Shown piece by piece: positions 1 to 15,000 of a DNA stretch of 64,000 bases (the stretch's first letter is position 1; each line of letters begins with the position of its first letter). The position numbers were made by a program, and so were the translations under genes. Location of the stretch: NCBI GenBank assembly GCA_964016885.1, contig CAXHJY010001625.1, forward strand, positions 1 to 64,000, in the 5' to 3' direction. The DNA comes from Eledone cirrhosa (Eukaryota). The notes beneath the pieces were generated by a model. That model saw only the letters and a list, made by a program, of their open reading frames with translations. It was not told the origin of the DNA and did no database searches.

Positions 1-3000
1 TGTTGAGAAAGGTGGGTAGATAGAGAGACAGTGTTGAGAAAGGTGGGTAGATAGAGAGACAGTGTTGAGAAAGGTGGGTAGATAGAGAGACAGTGTTGAG
101 AAAGGTGGGTAGATAGAGAGATAGTGTTGAGAAAGGTGGGTAGATAGAGAGACAGTGTTGAGAAAGGTGGGTAGATAGAGAGATAGTGTTGAGAAAGGTG
201 GGTAGATAGAGATAGTGTTGAGATAGGTGGGTAGATAGAGAGATAGTGTTGAGATAGGTGGGTAGATAGAGAGATAGTGTTGAGAAAGGTGGGTAGATAG
301 AGAGATAGTGTTGAGAAAGGTGGGTAGATAGAGAGATAGTGTTGAGAAAGGTGGGTAGATAGAGAGATAGTGTTGAGAAAGGTGGGTAGATAGAGAGACA
401 GTGTTGAGAAAGGTGGGTAGATAGAGAGATAGTGTTGAGAAAGGTGGGTAGATAGAGAGATAGTGTTGAGATAGGTGGGTAGATAGAGAGATAGTGTTGA
501 GAAAGGTGGGTAGATAGAGAGATAGTGTGGAGAAAGGTGGGTAGATAGAGATAGTGTTGAGATAGGTGGGTAGATAGAGAGATAGTGGGTAGATAGAGAG
601 ATAGTGTTGAGATAGGTGGGTAGATAGAGAGATAGTGTTGAGAAAGGTGGGTAGATAGAGAGATAGTGTTGAGAAAGGTGGGTAGATAGAGAGATAGTGT
701 TGAGAAAGGTGGGTAGATAGAGAGACAGGTGGGTAGATAGAGAGATAGGTGGGTAGATAGAGAGATAGTGTTGAGATAGGTGGGTAGATAGAGAGATAGT
801 GTTGAGATAGGTGGGTAGATAGAGAGATAGTGTTGAGAAAGGTGGGTAGATAGATAGATAGTGTTGAGATAGGTGGGTAGATAGAGAGGTAGTGTTGAGA
901 AAGGTGGGTAGATAGAGAGATAGTGTTGAGAAAGGTGGGTAGATAGAGAGATAGTGTTGAGATAGGTGGGTAGATAGAGAGATAGTGTTGAGAAAGGTGG
1001 GTAGATAGAGAGATAGTGTTGAGAAAGGTGGGTAGATAGAGAGATAGTGTTGAGATAGGTGGGTAGATAGAGAGATAGTGTTGAGATAGGTGGGTAGATA
1101 GAGATATAGTGTTGAGATAGGTGGGTAGATAGAGAGATAGTGTTGAGATAGGTGGGTAGATAGAGAGATAGTGTTGAGATAGGTGGGTAGATAGAGATAT
1201 AGTGTTGAGATAGGTGGGTAGATAGAGAGATAGTGTTGAGAAAGGTGGGTAGATAGAGAGATAGTGTGGAGAAAGGTGGGTAGATAGAGATAGTGTTGAG
1301 ATAGGTGGGTAGATAGAGAGATAGGTGAGGGTAGATAGAGAGATAGTGTTGAGATAGGTGGGTAGATAGAGAGATAGTGTTGAGATAGGTGGGTAGATAG
1401 AGATATAGTGTTGAGATAGGTGGGTAGATAGAGAGATAGTGTTGAGATAGGTGGGTAGATAGAGAGATAGTGTTGAGATAGGTGGGTAGATAGAGATATA
1501 GTGTTGAGATAGGTGGGTAGATAGAGAGATAGTGTTGAGAAAGGTGGGTAGATAGAGAGATAGTGTTGAGAAAGGTGGGTAGATAGAGAGACAGTGTTGA
1601 GAAAGGTGGGTAGATAGAGAGACAGTGTTGAGAAAGGTGGGTAGATAGAGAGATAGTGTTGAGAAAGGTGGGTAGATAGAGAGACAGTGTTGAGAAAGGT
1701 GGGTAGATAGAGAGATAGTGTTGAGATAGGTGGGTAGATAGAGAGATAGTGTTGAGAAAGGTGGTTAGATAGAGAGATAGTGTTGAGATAGGTGGGTAGA
1801 TAGAGAGATAGTGTTGAGATAGGTGGGTAGATAGAGAGATAGTGTTGAGAAATGTGGGTAGATAGAGAGATAGTGTTGAGAAAGGTGGGTAGATAGAGTG
1901 ATAGTGTTGAGATAGGTGGGTAGATAGAGAGATAGTGTTGAGAAGGTGGGTAGATAGAGAGATGTGTTGAGAAAGGTGGGTAGATAAAGAGATAGTGTTG
2001 AGAAAGGTGGGTAGATAGAGAGATAGTGTTGAGAAAGGTGGGTAGATAGAGAGATAGTGTTGAGATAGGTGGGTAGATAAGAGATAGTGTTGAGATAGGT
2101 GGGTAGATAGAGAGATAGTGTTGAGATAGGTGGGTAGATAGAGAGATAGTGTTGAGATAGGTGGGTAGATAGAGAGATAGTGTTGAGATAGGTGGGTAGA
2201 TAGAGAGATAGTGTTGAGAAAGGTGGGTAGATAGAGAGATAGTGTTGAGATAGGTGGGTAGATAGAGAGATAGTGTTGAGATAGGTGGGTAGATAGAGAG
2301 ATAGGTGGGTAGATAGAGAGATAGTGTTGAGATAGGTGGGTAGATAGAGAGATAGTGTTGAGAAAGGTGGGTAGATAGAGAGATAGTGTTGAGAAAGGTG
2401 GGTAGATAGAGAGATAGTGTTGAGAAAGGTGGGTAGATAGAGAGACAGTGTTGAGAAAGGTGGGTAGATAGAGAGATAGTGTTGAGAAAGGTGGGTAGAT
2501 AGAGAGACAGTGTTGAGAAAGGTGGGTAGATAGAGAGATAGTGTTGAGATAGGTGGGTAGATAGAGAGATAGTGTTGAGAAAGGTGGGTAGATAGAGAGA
2601 TAGTGTTGAGATAGGTGGGTAGATAGAGAGATAGTGTTGAGATAGGTGGGTAGATAGAGAGATAGTGTTGAGAAAGGTGGGTAGATAGAGAGATAGTGTT
2701 GAGAAAGGTGGGTAGATAGAGAGATAGTGTGGAGAAAGGTGGGTAGATAGAGATAGTGTTGAGAAAGGTGGGTAGATAGAGAAGAGGTGGTAGATAGAGA
2801 GATAGGTGGGTAGATAGAGAGATAGTGTTGAGATAGGTGGGTAGATAGAGAGATAGTGTTGAGATAGGTGGGTAGATAGAGAGATAGTGTTGAGAAAGGT
2901 GGGTAGATAGATAGATAGTGTTGAGATAGGTGGGTAGATAGAGAGGTAGTGTTGAGAAAGGTGGGTAGATAGAGAGATAGTGTTGAGAAAGGTGGGTAGA

Positions 3001-6000
3001 TAGAGAGATAGTGTTGAGATAGGTGGGTAGATAGAGAGATAGTGTTGAGAAAGGTGGGTAGATAGAGAGATAGTGTTGAGAAAGGTGGGTAGATAGAGAG
3101 ATAGTGTTGAGATAGGTGGGTAGATAGAGAGATAGTGTTGAGATAGGTGGGTAGATAGAGATATAGTGTTGAGATAGGTGGGTAGATAGAGAGATAGTGT
3201 TGAGAAAGGTGGGTAGATAGAGAGATAGTGTGGAGAAAGGTGGGTAGATAGAGATAGTGTTGAGATAGGTGGGTAGATAGAGAGATAGGTGGGTAGATAG
3301 AGAGATAGTGTTGAGATAGGTGGGTAGATAGAGAGATAGTGTTGAGAAAGGTGGGTAGATAGAGAGATAGTGTTGAGAAAGGTGGGTAGATAGAGAGATA
3401 GTGTTGAGAAAGGTGGGTAGATAGAGAGACAGTGTTGAGAAAGGTGGGTAGATAGAGAGACAGTGTTGAGAAAGGTGGGTAGATAGAGAGATAGTGTTGA
3501 GAAAGGTGGGTAGATAGAGAGACAGTGTTGAGAAAGGTGGGTAGATAGAGAGATAGTGTTGAGATAGGTGGGTAGATAGAGAGATAGTGTTGAGAAAGGT
3601 GGTTAGATAGAGAGATAGTGTTGAGATAGGTGGGTAGATAGAGAGATAGTGTTGAGATAGGTGGGTAGATAGAGAGATAGTGTTGAGAAATGTGGGTAGA
3701 TAGAGAGATAGTGTTGAGAAAGGTGGGTAGATAGAGTGATAGTGTTGAGATAGGTGGGTAGATAGAGAGATAGTGTTGAGAAGGTGGGTAGATAGAGAGA
3801 TGGTGTTGAGAAAGGTGGGTAGATAAGAGATAGTGTTGAGAAAGGTGGGTAGATAGAGAGATAGTGTTGAGAAAGGTGGGTAGATAGAGAGATAGTGTTG
3901 AGATAGGTGGGTAGATAAAGAGATAGTGTTGAGATAGATGGGTAGATAGAGAGATAGTGTTGAGATAGGTGGGTAGATAGAGAGATAGTGTTGAGATAGG
4001 TGGGTAGATAGAGAGATAGTGTTGAGATAGGCGGGTAGATAGAGAGATAGTGTTGAGAAAGGTGGGTAGATAGAGAGATAGTGTTGAGATAGGTGGGTAG
4101 ATAGAGAGATAGTGTTGAGATAGGTGGGTAGATAGAGAGATAGTGTTGAGATAGGTGGGTAGATAGAGAGATAGTGTTGAGAAAGGTGGGTAGATAGAGA
4201 GATAGTGTGAGAAAGGTGGGTAGATAGAGATAGTGTTGAGATAGGTGGGTAGATAGAGAGATAGGTGGGTAGATAGAGAGATAGTGTTGAGATAGGTGGG
4301 TAGATAGAGAGATAGTGTTGAGAAAGGTGGGTAGATAGAGAGATAGTGTTGAGAAAGGTGGGTAGATAGAGAGATAGTGTTGAGAAAGGTGGGTAGATAG
4401 AGAGACAGTGTTGAGAAAGGTGGGTAGATAGAGAGATAGTGTTGAGAAAGGTGGGTAGATAGAGAGATAGTGTTGAGAAAGGTGGGTAGATAGAGAGATA
4501 GTGTTGAGATAGGTGGGTAGATAGAGAGATAGTGTTGAGAAAGGTGGGTAGATAGAGAGATAGTGTTGAGATAGGTGGGTAGATAGAGAGATAGTGTTGA
4601 GATAGGTGGGTAGATAGAGAGATAGTGTTGAGAAAGGTGGGTAGATAGAGAGATAGTGTTGAGAAATGTGGGTAGATAGAGAGATAGTGTGGAGAAAGGT
4701 GGGTAGATAGAGATAGTGTTGAGAAAGGTGGGTAGATAGAGACAGAGGTGGGTAGATAGAGAAGAGGTGGGTAGATAGAGAGATAGGTGAGGGGTAGATA
4801 GAGAGATAGTGTTGAGATAGGTGGGTAGATAGAGAGATAGTGTTGAGATAGGTGGGTAGATAGAGAGATAGTGTTGAGAAAGGTGGGTAGATAGAGAGAT
4901 AGTGTTGAGATAGGTGGGTAGATAGAGAGATAGTGTTGAGAAAGGTGGGTAGATAGAGAGATAGTGTTGAGAAAGGTGGGTAGATAGAGAGATAGTGTTG
5001 AGAAAGGTGGGTAGATAGAGAGATAGTGTTGAGAAAGGTGGGTAGATAGAGAGATAGTGTTGAGAAAGGTGGGTAGATAGAGAGATAGTGTTGAGATAGG
5101 TGGGTAGATAGAGAGATAGTGTTGAGAAAGGTGGGTAGATAGAGAGATAGTGTGGAGAAAGGTGGGTAGATAGAGATAGTGTTGAGATAGGTGGGTAGAT
5201 AGAGAGATAGGTGGGTAGATAGAGAGATAGTGTTGAGATAGGTGGGTAGATAGAGAGATAGTGTTGAGAAAGGTGGGTAGATAGAGAGATAGTGTTGAGA
5301 AAGGTGGGTAGATAGAGAGATAGTGTTGAGAAAGGTGGGTAGATAGAGAGACAGTGTTGAGAAAGGTGGGTAGATAGAGAGACAGTGTTGAGAAAGGTGG
5401 GTAGATAGAGAGATAGTGTTGAGAAAGGTGGGTAGATAGAGAGACAGTGTTGAGAAAGGTGGGTAGATAGAGAGATAGTGTTGAGATAGGTGGGTAGCTA
5501 GAGAGATAGTGTTGAGAAAGGTGGTTAGATAGAGAGATAGTGTTGAGATAGGTGGGTAGATAGAGAGATAGTGTTGAGATAGGTGGGTAGATAGAGAGAT
5601 AGTGTTGAGAAATGTGGGTAGATAGAGAGATAGTGTTGAGAAAGGTGGGTAGATAGAGTGATAGTGTTGAGATAGGTGGGTAGATAGAGAGATAGTGTTG
5701 AGAAGGTGGGTAGATAGAGAGATGGTGTTGAGAAAGGTGGGTAGATAAAGAGATAGTGTTGAGAAAGGTGGGTAGATAGAGAGATAGTGTTGAGAAAGGT
5801 GGGTAGATAGAGAGATAGTGTTGAGATAGGTGGGTAGATAAGAGATAGTGTTGAGATAGATGGGTAGATAGAGAGATAGTGTTGAGATAGGTGGGTAGAT
5901 AGAGAGATAGTGTTGAGATAGGTGGGTAGATAGAGAGATAGTGTTGAGATAGGCGGGTAGATAGAGAGATAGTGTTGAGAAAGGTGGGTAGATAGAGAGA

Positions 6001-9000
6001 TAGTGTTGAGATAGGTGGGTAGATAGAGAGATAGTGTTGAGATAGGTGGGTAGATAGAGAGATAGTGTTGAGATAGGTGGGTAGATAGAGAGATAGTGTT
6101 GAGAAAGGTGGGTAGATAGAGAGATAGTGTTGAGAAAGGTGGGTAGATAGAGATAGTGTTGAGATAGGTGGGTAGATAGAGAGATAGTGTTGAGATAGGT
6201 GGGTAGATAGAGAGATAGTGTTGAGAAAGGTGGGTAGATAGAGAGATAGTGTTGAGAAAGGTGGGTAGATAGAGAGATAGTGTTGAGAAAGGTGGGTAGA
6301 TAGAGAGACAGTGTTGAGAAAGGTGGGTAGATAGAGAGATAGTGTTGAGAAAGGTGGGTAGATAGAGAGACAGTGTTGAGAAAGGTGGGTAGATAGAGAG
6401 ATAGTGTTGAGATAGGTGGGTAGATAGAGAGATAGTGTTGAGAAGGTGGGTAGATAGAGAGATAGTGTTGAGATAGGTGGGTAGATAGAGAGATAGTGTT
6501 GAGATAGGTGGGTAGATAGAGAGATAGTGTTGAGAAAGGTGGGTAGATAGAGAGATAGTGTTGAGAAATGTGGGTAGATAGAGAGATAGTGTGGAGAAAG
6601 GTGGGTAGATAGAGATAGTGTTGAGAAAGGTGGGTAGATAGAGACAGAGGTGGGTAGATAGAGACAGAGGTGGGTAGATAGAGAGATAGGTGGGTAGATA
6701 GAGAGATAGTGTTGAGAAAGGTGGGTAGATAGAGAGATAGTGTTGAGATAGGTGGGTAGATAGAGAGATAGTGTTGAGAAAGGTGGGTAGATAGATAGAT
6801 AGTGTTGAGATAGGTGGGTAGATAGAGAGGTAGTGTTGAGAAAGGTGGGTAGATAGAGAGATAGTGTTGAGAAAGGTGGGTAGATAGAGAGATAGTGTTG
6901 AGATAGGTGGGTAGATAGAGAGATAGTGTTGAGAAAGGTGGGTAGATAGAGAGATAGTGTTGAGAAAGTTGGGTAGATAGAGAGATAGTGTTGAGATAGG
7001 TGGGTAGATAGAGAGATAGTGTTGAGAAGGTGGGTAGATAGAGAGATGGTGTTGAGAAAGTTGGGTAGATAGAGAGATAGTGTTGAGAAAGGTGGGTAAA
7101 TAGAGAGATAGTGTTGAGAAAGGTGGGTAGATAGAGAGATAGTGTTGAGATAGGTGGGTAGATAGAGAGATAGTGTTGAGAAAGATGGGTAGATAGAGAG
7201 ATAGTGTTGAGATAGGGGTGGGTAGATAGAGAGATAGTGTTGAGATAGGTGGGTAGATAGAGAGATAGTGTTGAGATAGGTGGGTAGATAGAGAGATAGT
7301 GTTGAGATAGGTGGGTAGATAGAGAGATAGTGTTGAGAAAGGTGGGTAGATAGAGAGACAGTGTTGAGATAGGTGGGTAGATAGAGAGATAGTGTTGAGA
7401 TAGGTGGGTAGATAGAGATATAGTGTTGAGATAGGTGGGTAGATAGAGAGATAGTGTTGAGAAAGGTGGGTAGATAGAGAGATAGTGTGGAGAAAGGTGG
7501 GTAGATAGAGATAGTGTTGAGATAGGTGGGTAGATAGAGAGATAGGTGGGTAGATAGAGAGATAGTGTTGAGATAGGTGGGTAGATAGAGAGATAGTGTT
7601 GAGATAGGTGGGTAGATAGAGAGATAGTGTTGAGATAGGCGGGTAGATAGAGAGATAGTGTTGAGAAAGGTGGGTAGATAGAGAGATAGTGTTGAGATAG
7701 GTGGGTAGATAGAGAGATAGTGTTGAGATAGGTGGGTAGATAGAGAGATAGTGTTGAGATAGGTGGGTAGATAGAGAGATAGTGTTGAGAAAGGTGGGTA
7801 GATAGAGAGATAGTGTGAAGAAAGGTGGGTAGATAGAGATAGTGTTGAGATAGGTGGGTAGATAGAGAGATAGTGTTGAGATAGGTGGGTAGATAGAGAG
7901 ATAGTGTTGAGAAAGGTGGGTAGATAGAGAGATAGTGTTGAGAAAGGTGGGTAGATAGAGAGATAGTGTTGAGAAAGGTGGGTAGATAGAGAGACAGTGT
8001 TGAGAAAGGTGGGTAGATAGAGAGATAGTGTTGAGAAAGGTGGGTAGATAGAGAGACAGTGTTGAGAAAGGTGGGTAGATAGAGAGATAGTGTTGAGATA
8101 GGTGGGTAGATAGAGAGATAGTGTTGAGAAAGGTGGGTAGATAGAGAGATAGTGTTGAGATAGGTGGGTAGATAGAGAGATAGTGTTGAGATAGGTGGGT
8201 AGATAGAGAGATAGTGTTGAGAAAGGTGGGTAGATAGAGAGATAGTGTTGAGAAATGTGGGTAGATAGAGAGATAGTGTGGAGAAAGGTGGGTAGATAGA
8301 GATAGTGTTGAGAAAGGTGGGTAGATAGAGACAGAGGTGGGTAGATAGAGACAGAGGTGGGTAGATAGAGAGATAGGTGGGTAGATAGAGAGATAGTGTT
8401 GAGAAAGGTGGGTAGATAGAGAGATAGTGTTGAGATAGGTGGGTAGATAGAGAGATAGTGTTGAGAAAGGTGGGTAGATAGATAGATAGTGTTGAGATAG
8501 GTGGGTAGATAGAGAGGTAGTGTTGAGAAAGGTGGGTAGATAGAGAGATAGTGTTGAGAAAGGTGGGTAGATAGAGAGATAGTGTTGAGATAGGTGGGTA
8601 GATAGAGAGATAGTGTTGAGAAAGGTGGGTAGATAGAGAGATAGTGTTGAGAAAGTTGGGTAGATAGAGAGATAGTGTTGAGATAGGTGGGTAGATAGAG
8701 AGATAGTGTTGAGAAGGTGGGTAGATAGAGAGATGGTGTTGAGAAAGTTGGGTAGATAGAGAGATAGTGTTGAGAAAGGTGGGTAAATAGAGAGATAGTG
8801 TTGAGAAAGGTGGGTAGATAGAGAGATAGTGTTGAGATAGGTGGGTAGATAGAGAGATAGTGTTGAGAAAGATGGGTAGATAGAGAGATAGTGTTGAGAT
8901 AGGTGGGTAGATAGAGAGATAGTGTTGAGATAGGTGGGTAGATAGAGAGATAGTGTTGAGATAGGTGGGTAGATAGAGAGATAGTGTTGAGATAGGTGGG

Positions 9001-12000
9001 TAGATAGAGAGATAGTGTTGAGAAAGGTGGGTAGATAGAGAGACAGTGTTGAGATAGGTGGGTAGATAGAGAGATAGTGTTGAGATAGGTGGGTAGATAG
9101 AGATATAGTGTTGAGATAGGTGGGTAGATAGAGAGATAGTGTTGAGAAAGGTGGGTAGATAGAGAGATAGTGTGGAGAAAGGTGGGTAGATAGAGATAGT
9201 GTTGAGATAGGTGGGTAGATAGAGAGATAGGTGGGTAGATAGAGAGATAGTGTTGAGATAGGTGGGTAGATAGAGAGATAGTGTTGAGAAAGGTGGGTAG
9301 ATAGAGAGATAGTGTTGAGAAAGCTGGGTAGATAGAGAGATAGTGTTGAGAAAGGTGGGTAGATAGAGAGACAGTGTTGAGAAAGGTGGGTAGATAGAGA
9401 GATAGTGTTGAGAAAGGTGGGTAGATAGATAGACAGTGTTGAGAAAGGTGGGTAGATAGAGAGATAGTGTTGATATAGGTGGGTAGATAGAGAGATAGTG
9501 TTGAGAAAGGTGGGTAGATAGAGAGATAGTGTTGAGATAGGTGGGTAGATAGAGAGATAGTGTTGAGAAATGTGGGTAGATAGAGAGATAGTGTGGAGAA
9601 AGGTGGGTAGATAGAGAGATAGTGTTGAGAAAGGTGGGTAGATAGAGAGATAGTGTTGAGATAGGTGGGTAGATAGAGAGATAGTGTTGAGATAGGTGGG
9701 TAGATAGAGAGATAGTGTTGAGAAAGGTGGGTAGATAGAGAGATAGTGTGAAGAAAGGTGGGTAGATAGAGATAGTGTTGAGATAGGTGGGTAGATAGAG
9801 AGATAGTGTTGAGATAGGTGGGTAGATAGAGAGATAGTGTTGAGAAAGGTGGGTAGATAGAGAGATAGTGTTGAGAAAGGTGGGTAGATAGAGAGATAGT
9901 GTTGAGAAAGGTGGGTAGATAGAGAGACAGTGTTGAGAAAGGTGGGTAGATAGAGAGATAGTGTTGAGAAAGGTGGGTAGATAGAGAGACAGTGTTGAGA
10001 AAGGTGGGTAGATAGAGAGATAGTGTTGATATAGGTGGGTAGATAGAGAGATAGTGTTGAGAAAGGTGGGTAGATAGAGAGATAGTGTTGAGATAGGTGG
10101 GTAGATAGAGAGATAGTGTTGAGAAATGTGGGTAGATAGAGAGATAGTGTGGAGAAAGGTGGGTAGATAGAGAGATAGTGTTGAGAAATGTGGGTAGATA
10201 GAGAGATAGTGTGGAGAAAGGTGGGTAGATAGAGATAGTGTTGAGAAAGGTGGGTAGATAGAGAGATAGGTGGGTAGATAGAGACAGAGGTGGGTAGATA
10301 GAGAGATAGGTGGGTAGATAGAGAGATAGTGTTGAGATAGGTGGGTAGATAGAGAGATAGTGTTGAGATAGGTGGGTAGATAGAGAGATAGTGTTGAGAA
10401 AGGTGGGTAGATAGATAGATAGTGTTGAGATAGGTGGGTAGATAGAGAGGTAGTGTTGAGAAAGGTGGGTAGATAGAGAGATAGTGTTGAGAAAGGTGGG
10501 TAGATAAAGAGATAGTGTTGAGATAGGTGGGTAGATAGAGAGATAGTGTTGAGAAAGTGGGTAGATAGAGAGATAGTGTTGAGAAAGGTGGGTAGATAGA
10601 GAGATAGTGTTGAGATAGGTGGGTAGATAGAGAGATAGTGTTGAGAAGGTGGGTAGATAGAGAGATGGTGTTGAGAAAGGTGGGTAGATAGAGAGATAGT
10701 GTTGAGATAGGTGGGTAGATAGAGAGATAGTGTTGAGATAGGTGGGTAGATAGAGAGATAGTGTTGAGATAGGTGGGTAGATAGAGAGATAGTGTTGAGA
10801 AAGGTGGGTAGATAGAGAGATAGTGTGGAGAAAGGTGGTTAGATAGAGATAGTGTAGAGATAGGTGGGTAGATAGAGAGATAGGTGGGTAGATAGAGAGA
10901 TAGTGTTGAGATAGGTGGGTAGATAGAGAGATAGTGTTGAGAAAGGTGGGTAGATAGAGAGATAGTGTTGAGAAAGGTGGGTAGATAGAGAGATAGTGTT
11001 GAGAAAGGTGGGTAGATAGAGAGACAGTGTTGAGAAAGGTGGGTAGATAGAGAGATAGTGTTGAGAAAGGTGGGTAGATAGAGAGACAGTGTTGAGAAAG
11101 GTGGGTAGATAGAGAGATAGTGTTGAGATAGGTGGGTAGATAGAGAGATAGTGTTGAGATAGGTGGGTAGATAGAGAGATAGTGTTGAGAAATGTGGGTA
11201 GATAGAGAGATAGTGTGGAGAAAGGTGGGTAGATAGAGAGATAGTGTTGAGAAATGTGGGTAGATAGAGAGATAGTGTGGAGAAAGGTGGGTAGATAGAG
11301 ATAGTGTTGAGAAAGGTGGGTAGATAGAGAGATAGGTGGGTAGATAGAGAGACAGGTGGGTAGATAGAGAGATAGGTGGGTAGATAGAGAGATAGTGTTG
11401 AGATAGGTGGGTAGATAGAGAGATAGTGTTGAGATAGGTGGGTAGATAGAGAGATAGTGTTGAGAAAGGTGGGTAGATAGATAGATAGTGTTGAGATAGG
11501 TGGGTAGATAGAGAGGTAGTGTTGAGAAAGGTGGGTAGATAGAGAGACAGTGTTGAGAAAGGTGGGTAGATAGAGAGATAGTGTTGAGAAAGGTGGGTAG
11601 ATAGATAGACAGTGTTGAGAAAGGTGGTTAGATAGAGAGATAGTGTTGAGATAGGTGGGTAGAGAGAGAGATAGTGTTGAGATAGGTGGGTAGATAGAGA
11701 GATAGTGTTGAGAAATGTGGGTAGATAGAGAGATAGTGTTGAGAAAGGTGGGTAGATAGAGTGATAGTGTTGAGATAGGTGGGTAGATAGAGAGATAGTG
11801 TTGAGAAGGTGGGTAGATAGAGAGATGGTGTTGAGAAAGGTGGGTAGATAAAGAGATAGTGTTGAGAAAGGTGGGTAGATAGAGAGATAGTGTTGAGAAA
11901 GGTGGGTAGATAGAGAGATAGTGTTGAGATAGGTGGGTAGATAGAGAGATAGTGTTGAGAAAGATGGGTAGATAGAGAGATAGTGTTGAGATAGGTGGGT

Positions 12001-15000
12001 AGATAGAGAGATAGTGTTGAGATAGGTGGGTAGATAGAGAGATAGTGTTGAGAAAGGTGGGTAGATAGAGAGATAGGTGGGTAGATAGAGAGATAGTGTT
12101 GAGATAGGTGGGTAGATAGAGAGATAGTGTTGAGAAAGGTGGGTAGATAGAGAGATAGTGTTGAGAAAGGTGGGTAGATAGAGAGATAGTGTTGAGAAAG
12201 GTGGGTAGATAGAGAGACAGTGTTGAGAAAGGTGGGTAGATAGAGAGATAGTGTTGAGATAGGCGGGTAGATAGAGAGATAGTGTTGAGAAAGGTGGGTA
12301 GATAGAGAGATAGTGTTGAGATAGGTGGGTAGATAGAGAGATAGTGTTGAGATAGGTGGGTAGATAGAGAGATAGTGTTGAGATAGGTGGGTAGATAGAG
12401 AGATAGTGTTGAGAAAGGTGGGTAGATAGAGAGATAGTGTGGAGAATGGTGGGTAGATAGAGATAGTGTTGAGATAGTTGGGTAGATAGAGAGATAGGTG
12501 GGTAGATAGAGAGATAGTGTTGAGATAGGTGGGTAGATAGAGAGATAGTGTTGAGAAAGGTGGGTAGATAGAGAGATAGTGTTGAGAAAGGTGGGTAGAT
12601 AGAGAGATAGTGTTGAGAAAGGTGGGTAGTTAGAGAGACAGTGTTGAGAAAGGTGGGTAGATAGAGAGATAGTGTTGAGAAAGGTGGGTAGATAGAGAGA
12701 CAGTGTTGAGAAAGGTGGGTAGATAGAGAGATAGTGTTGAGATAGGTGGGTAGATAGAGAGATAGTGTTGAGAAATGTGGGTAGATAGAGAGATAGTGTG
12801 GAGAAAGGTGGGTAGATAGAGAGATAGTGTTGAGAAATGTGGGTAGATAGAGAGATAGTGTGGAGAAAGGTGGGTAGACAGAGATAGTGTTGAGAAAGGT
12901 GGGTAGATAGAGAGATAGGTGGGTAGATAGAGACAGAGGTGGGTAGATAGAGAGATAGTGTTGAGATAGGTGGGTAGATAGAGAGATAGTGTTGAGATAG
13001 GTGGGTAGATAGAGAGATAGTGTTGAGAAAGGTGGGTAGATAGATAGATAGTGTTGAGATAGGTGGGTAGATAGAGAGGTAGTGTTGAGAAAGGTGGGTA
13101 GATAGAGAGATAGTGTTGAGAAAGGTGGGTAGATAGAGAGATAGTGTTGAGATAGGTGGGTAGATAGAGAGATAGTGTTGAGATAGGTGGGTAGATAGAG
13201 AGATAGTGTTGCGATAGGTGGGTAGATAGAGAGATAGTGTTGAGAAAGGTGGGTAGATAGAGAGACAGTGTTGAGATAGGTGGGTAGATAGAGAGATAGT
13301 GTTGAGATAGGTGGGTAGATAGAGAGATAGGTGGGTAGATTGAGAGATAGTGTTGAGATAGGTGGGTAGATAGAGAGATAGTGTTGAGAAAGGTGGGTAG
13401 ATAGAGAGATAGTGTTGAGAAAGGTGGGTAGATAGAGAGATAGTGTTGAGAAAGGTGGGTAGATAGAGAGACAGTGTTGAGAAAGGTGGGTAGATAGAGA
13501 GATAGTGCTGAGAGAGGTGGGTAGATAGAGAGACAGTGTTGAGAAAGGTGGGTAGATAGAGAGATAGTGTTGAGATAGGTGGGTAGATAGAGAGATAGTG
13601 TTGAGAAAGGTGGGTAGATAGAGAGATAGTGTTGAGATAGGTGGGTAGATAGAGAGATAGTGTTGAGATAGGTGGGTAGATAGAGAGATAGTGTTGAGAA
13701 ATGTGGGTAGATAGAGAGATAGTGTGGAGAAAGGTGGGTAGATAGAGAGATAGTGTTGAGAAATGTGGGTAGATAGAGAGATAGTGTGGAGAAAGGTGGG
13801 TAGATAGAGAGATAGGTGGGTAGATAGAGAGATAGGTGGGTAGATAGAGAGATAGTGTTGAGATAGGTGGGTAGATAGAGAGATAGGTGGGTAGATAGAG
13901 AGATAGGTGGGTAGATAGAGAGATAGTGTTGAGATAGGTGGGTAGATAGAGAGATAGTGTTGAGAAAGGTGGGTAGATATAGAGATAGTGTGGAGAAAGG
14001 CGGGTAGATAGAGAGATAGTGTTGAGATAGGTGGGTAGATAGAGAGATAGTGTTGAGATAGGTGGGTAGATAGAGAGATAGTGTTGAGAAAGGTGGGTAG
14101 ATAGAGAGATAGTGTTGAGATAGGTGGGTAGATAGAGAGATAGTGTTGAGATAGGTGGGTAGATAGAGAGATAGTGTTGAGATAGGTGGGTAGATAGAGA
14201 GATAGTGTTGAGAAAGGTGGGTAGATAGAGAGATAGTGTTGAGAAAGGTGGGTAGATAGAGAGACAGTGTTGAGATAGGTGGGTAGATAGAGAGATAGTG
14301 TTGAGATAGGTGGGTAGATAGAGATATAGTGTTGAGATAGGTGGGTAGATAGAGAGATAGTGTTGAGAAAGGTGGGTAGATATAGAGATAGTGTGGAGAA
14401 AGGCGGGTAGATAGAGAGATAGTGTTGAGATAGGTGGGTAGATAGAGAGATAGTGTTGAGATAGGTGGGTAGATAGAGAGATAGTGTTGAGATAGGTGGG
14501 TAGATAGAGAGTTAGTGTTGAGAAAGGTGGGTAGATAGAGAGATAGTGTGGAGAAAGGTGGGTAGATAGAGATAGTGTTGAGAAAGGTGGGTAGATAGAG
14601 AGATAGTGTTGAGATAGGTGGTAGATAGAGAGATAGTGTTGAGAAAGGTGGGTAGATAGAGAGATAGTGTTGAGAAAGGTGGGTAGATAGAGAGATAGTG
14701 TTGAGAAAGGTGGGTAGATAGAGAGACAGTGTTGAGAAAGGTGGGTAGATAGAGAGATAGTGTTGAGAAAGGTGGGTAGATAGAGAGACAGTGTTGAGAT
14801 AGGTGGGTAGATAGAGAGATAGTGTTGAGATAGGTGGGTAGATAGAGATATAGTGTTGAGATAGGTGGGTAGATAGAGAGATAGTGTTGAGAAATGTGGG
14901 TAGATATAGAGATAGTGTGGAGAAAGGTGGGTAGATAGAGAGATAGTGTTGAGATAGGTGGGTAGATAGAGAGATAGTGTTGAGGAAGATAGGTAGATAG

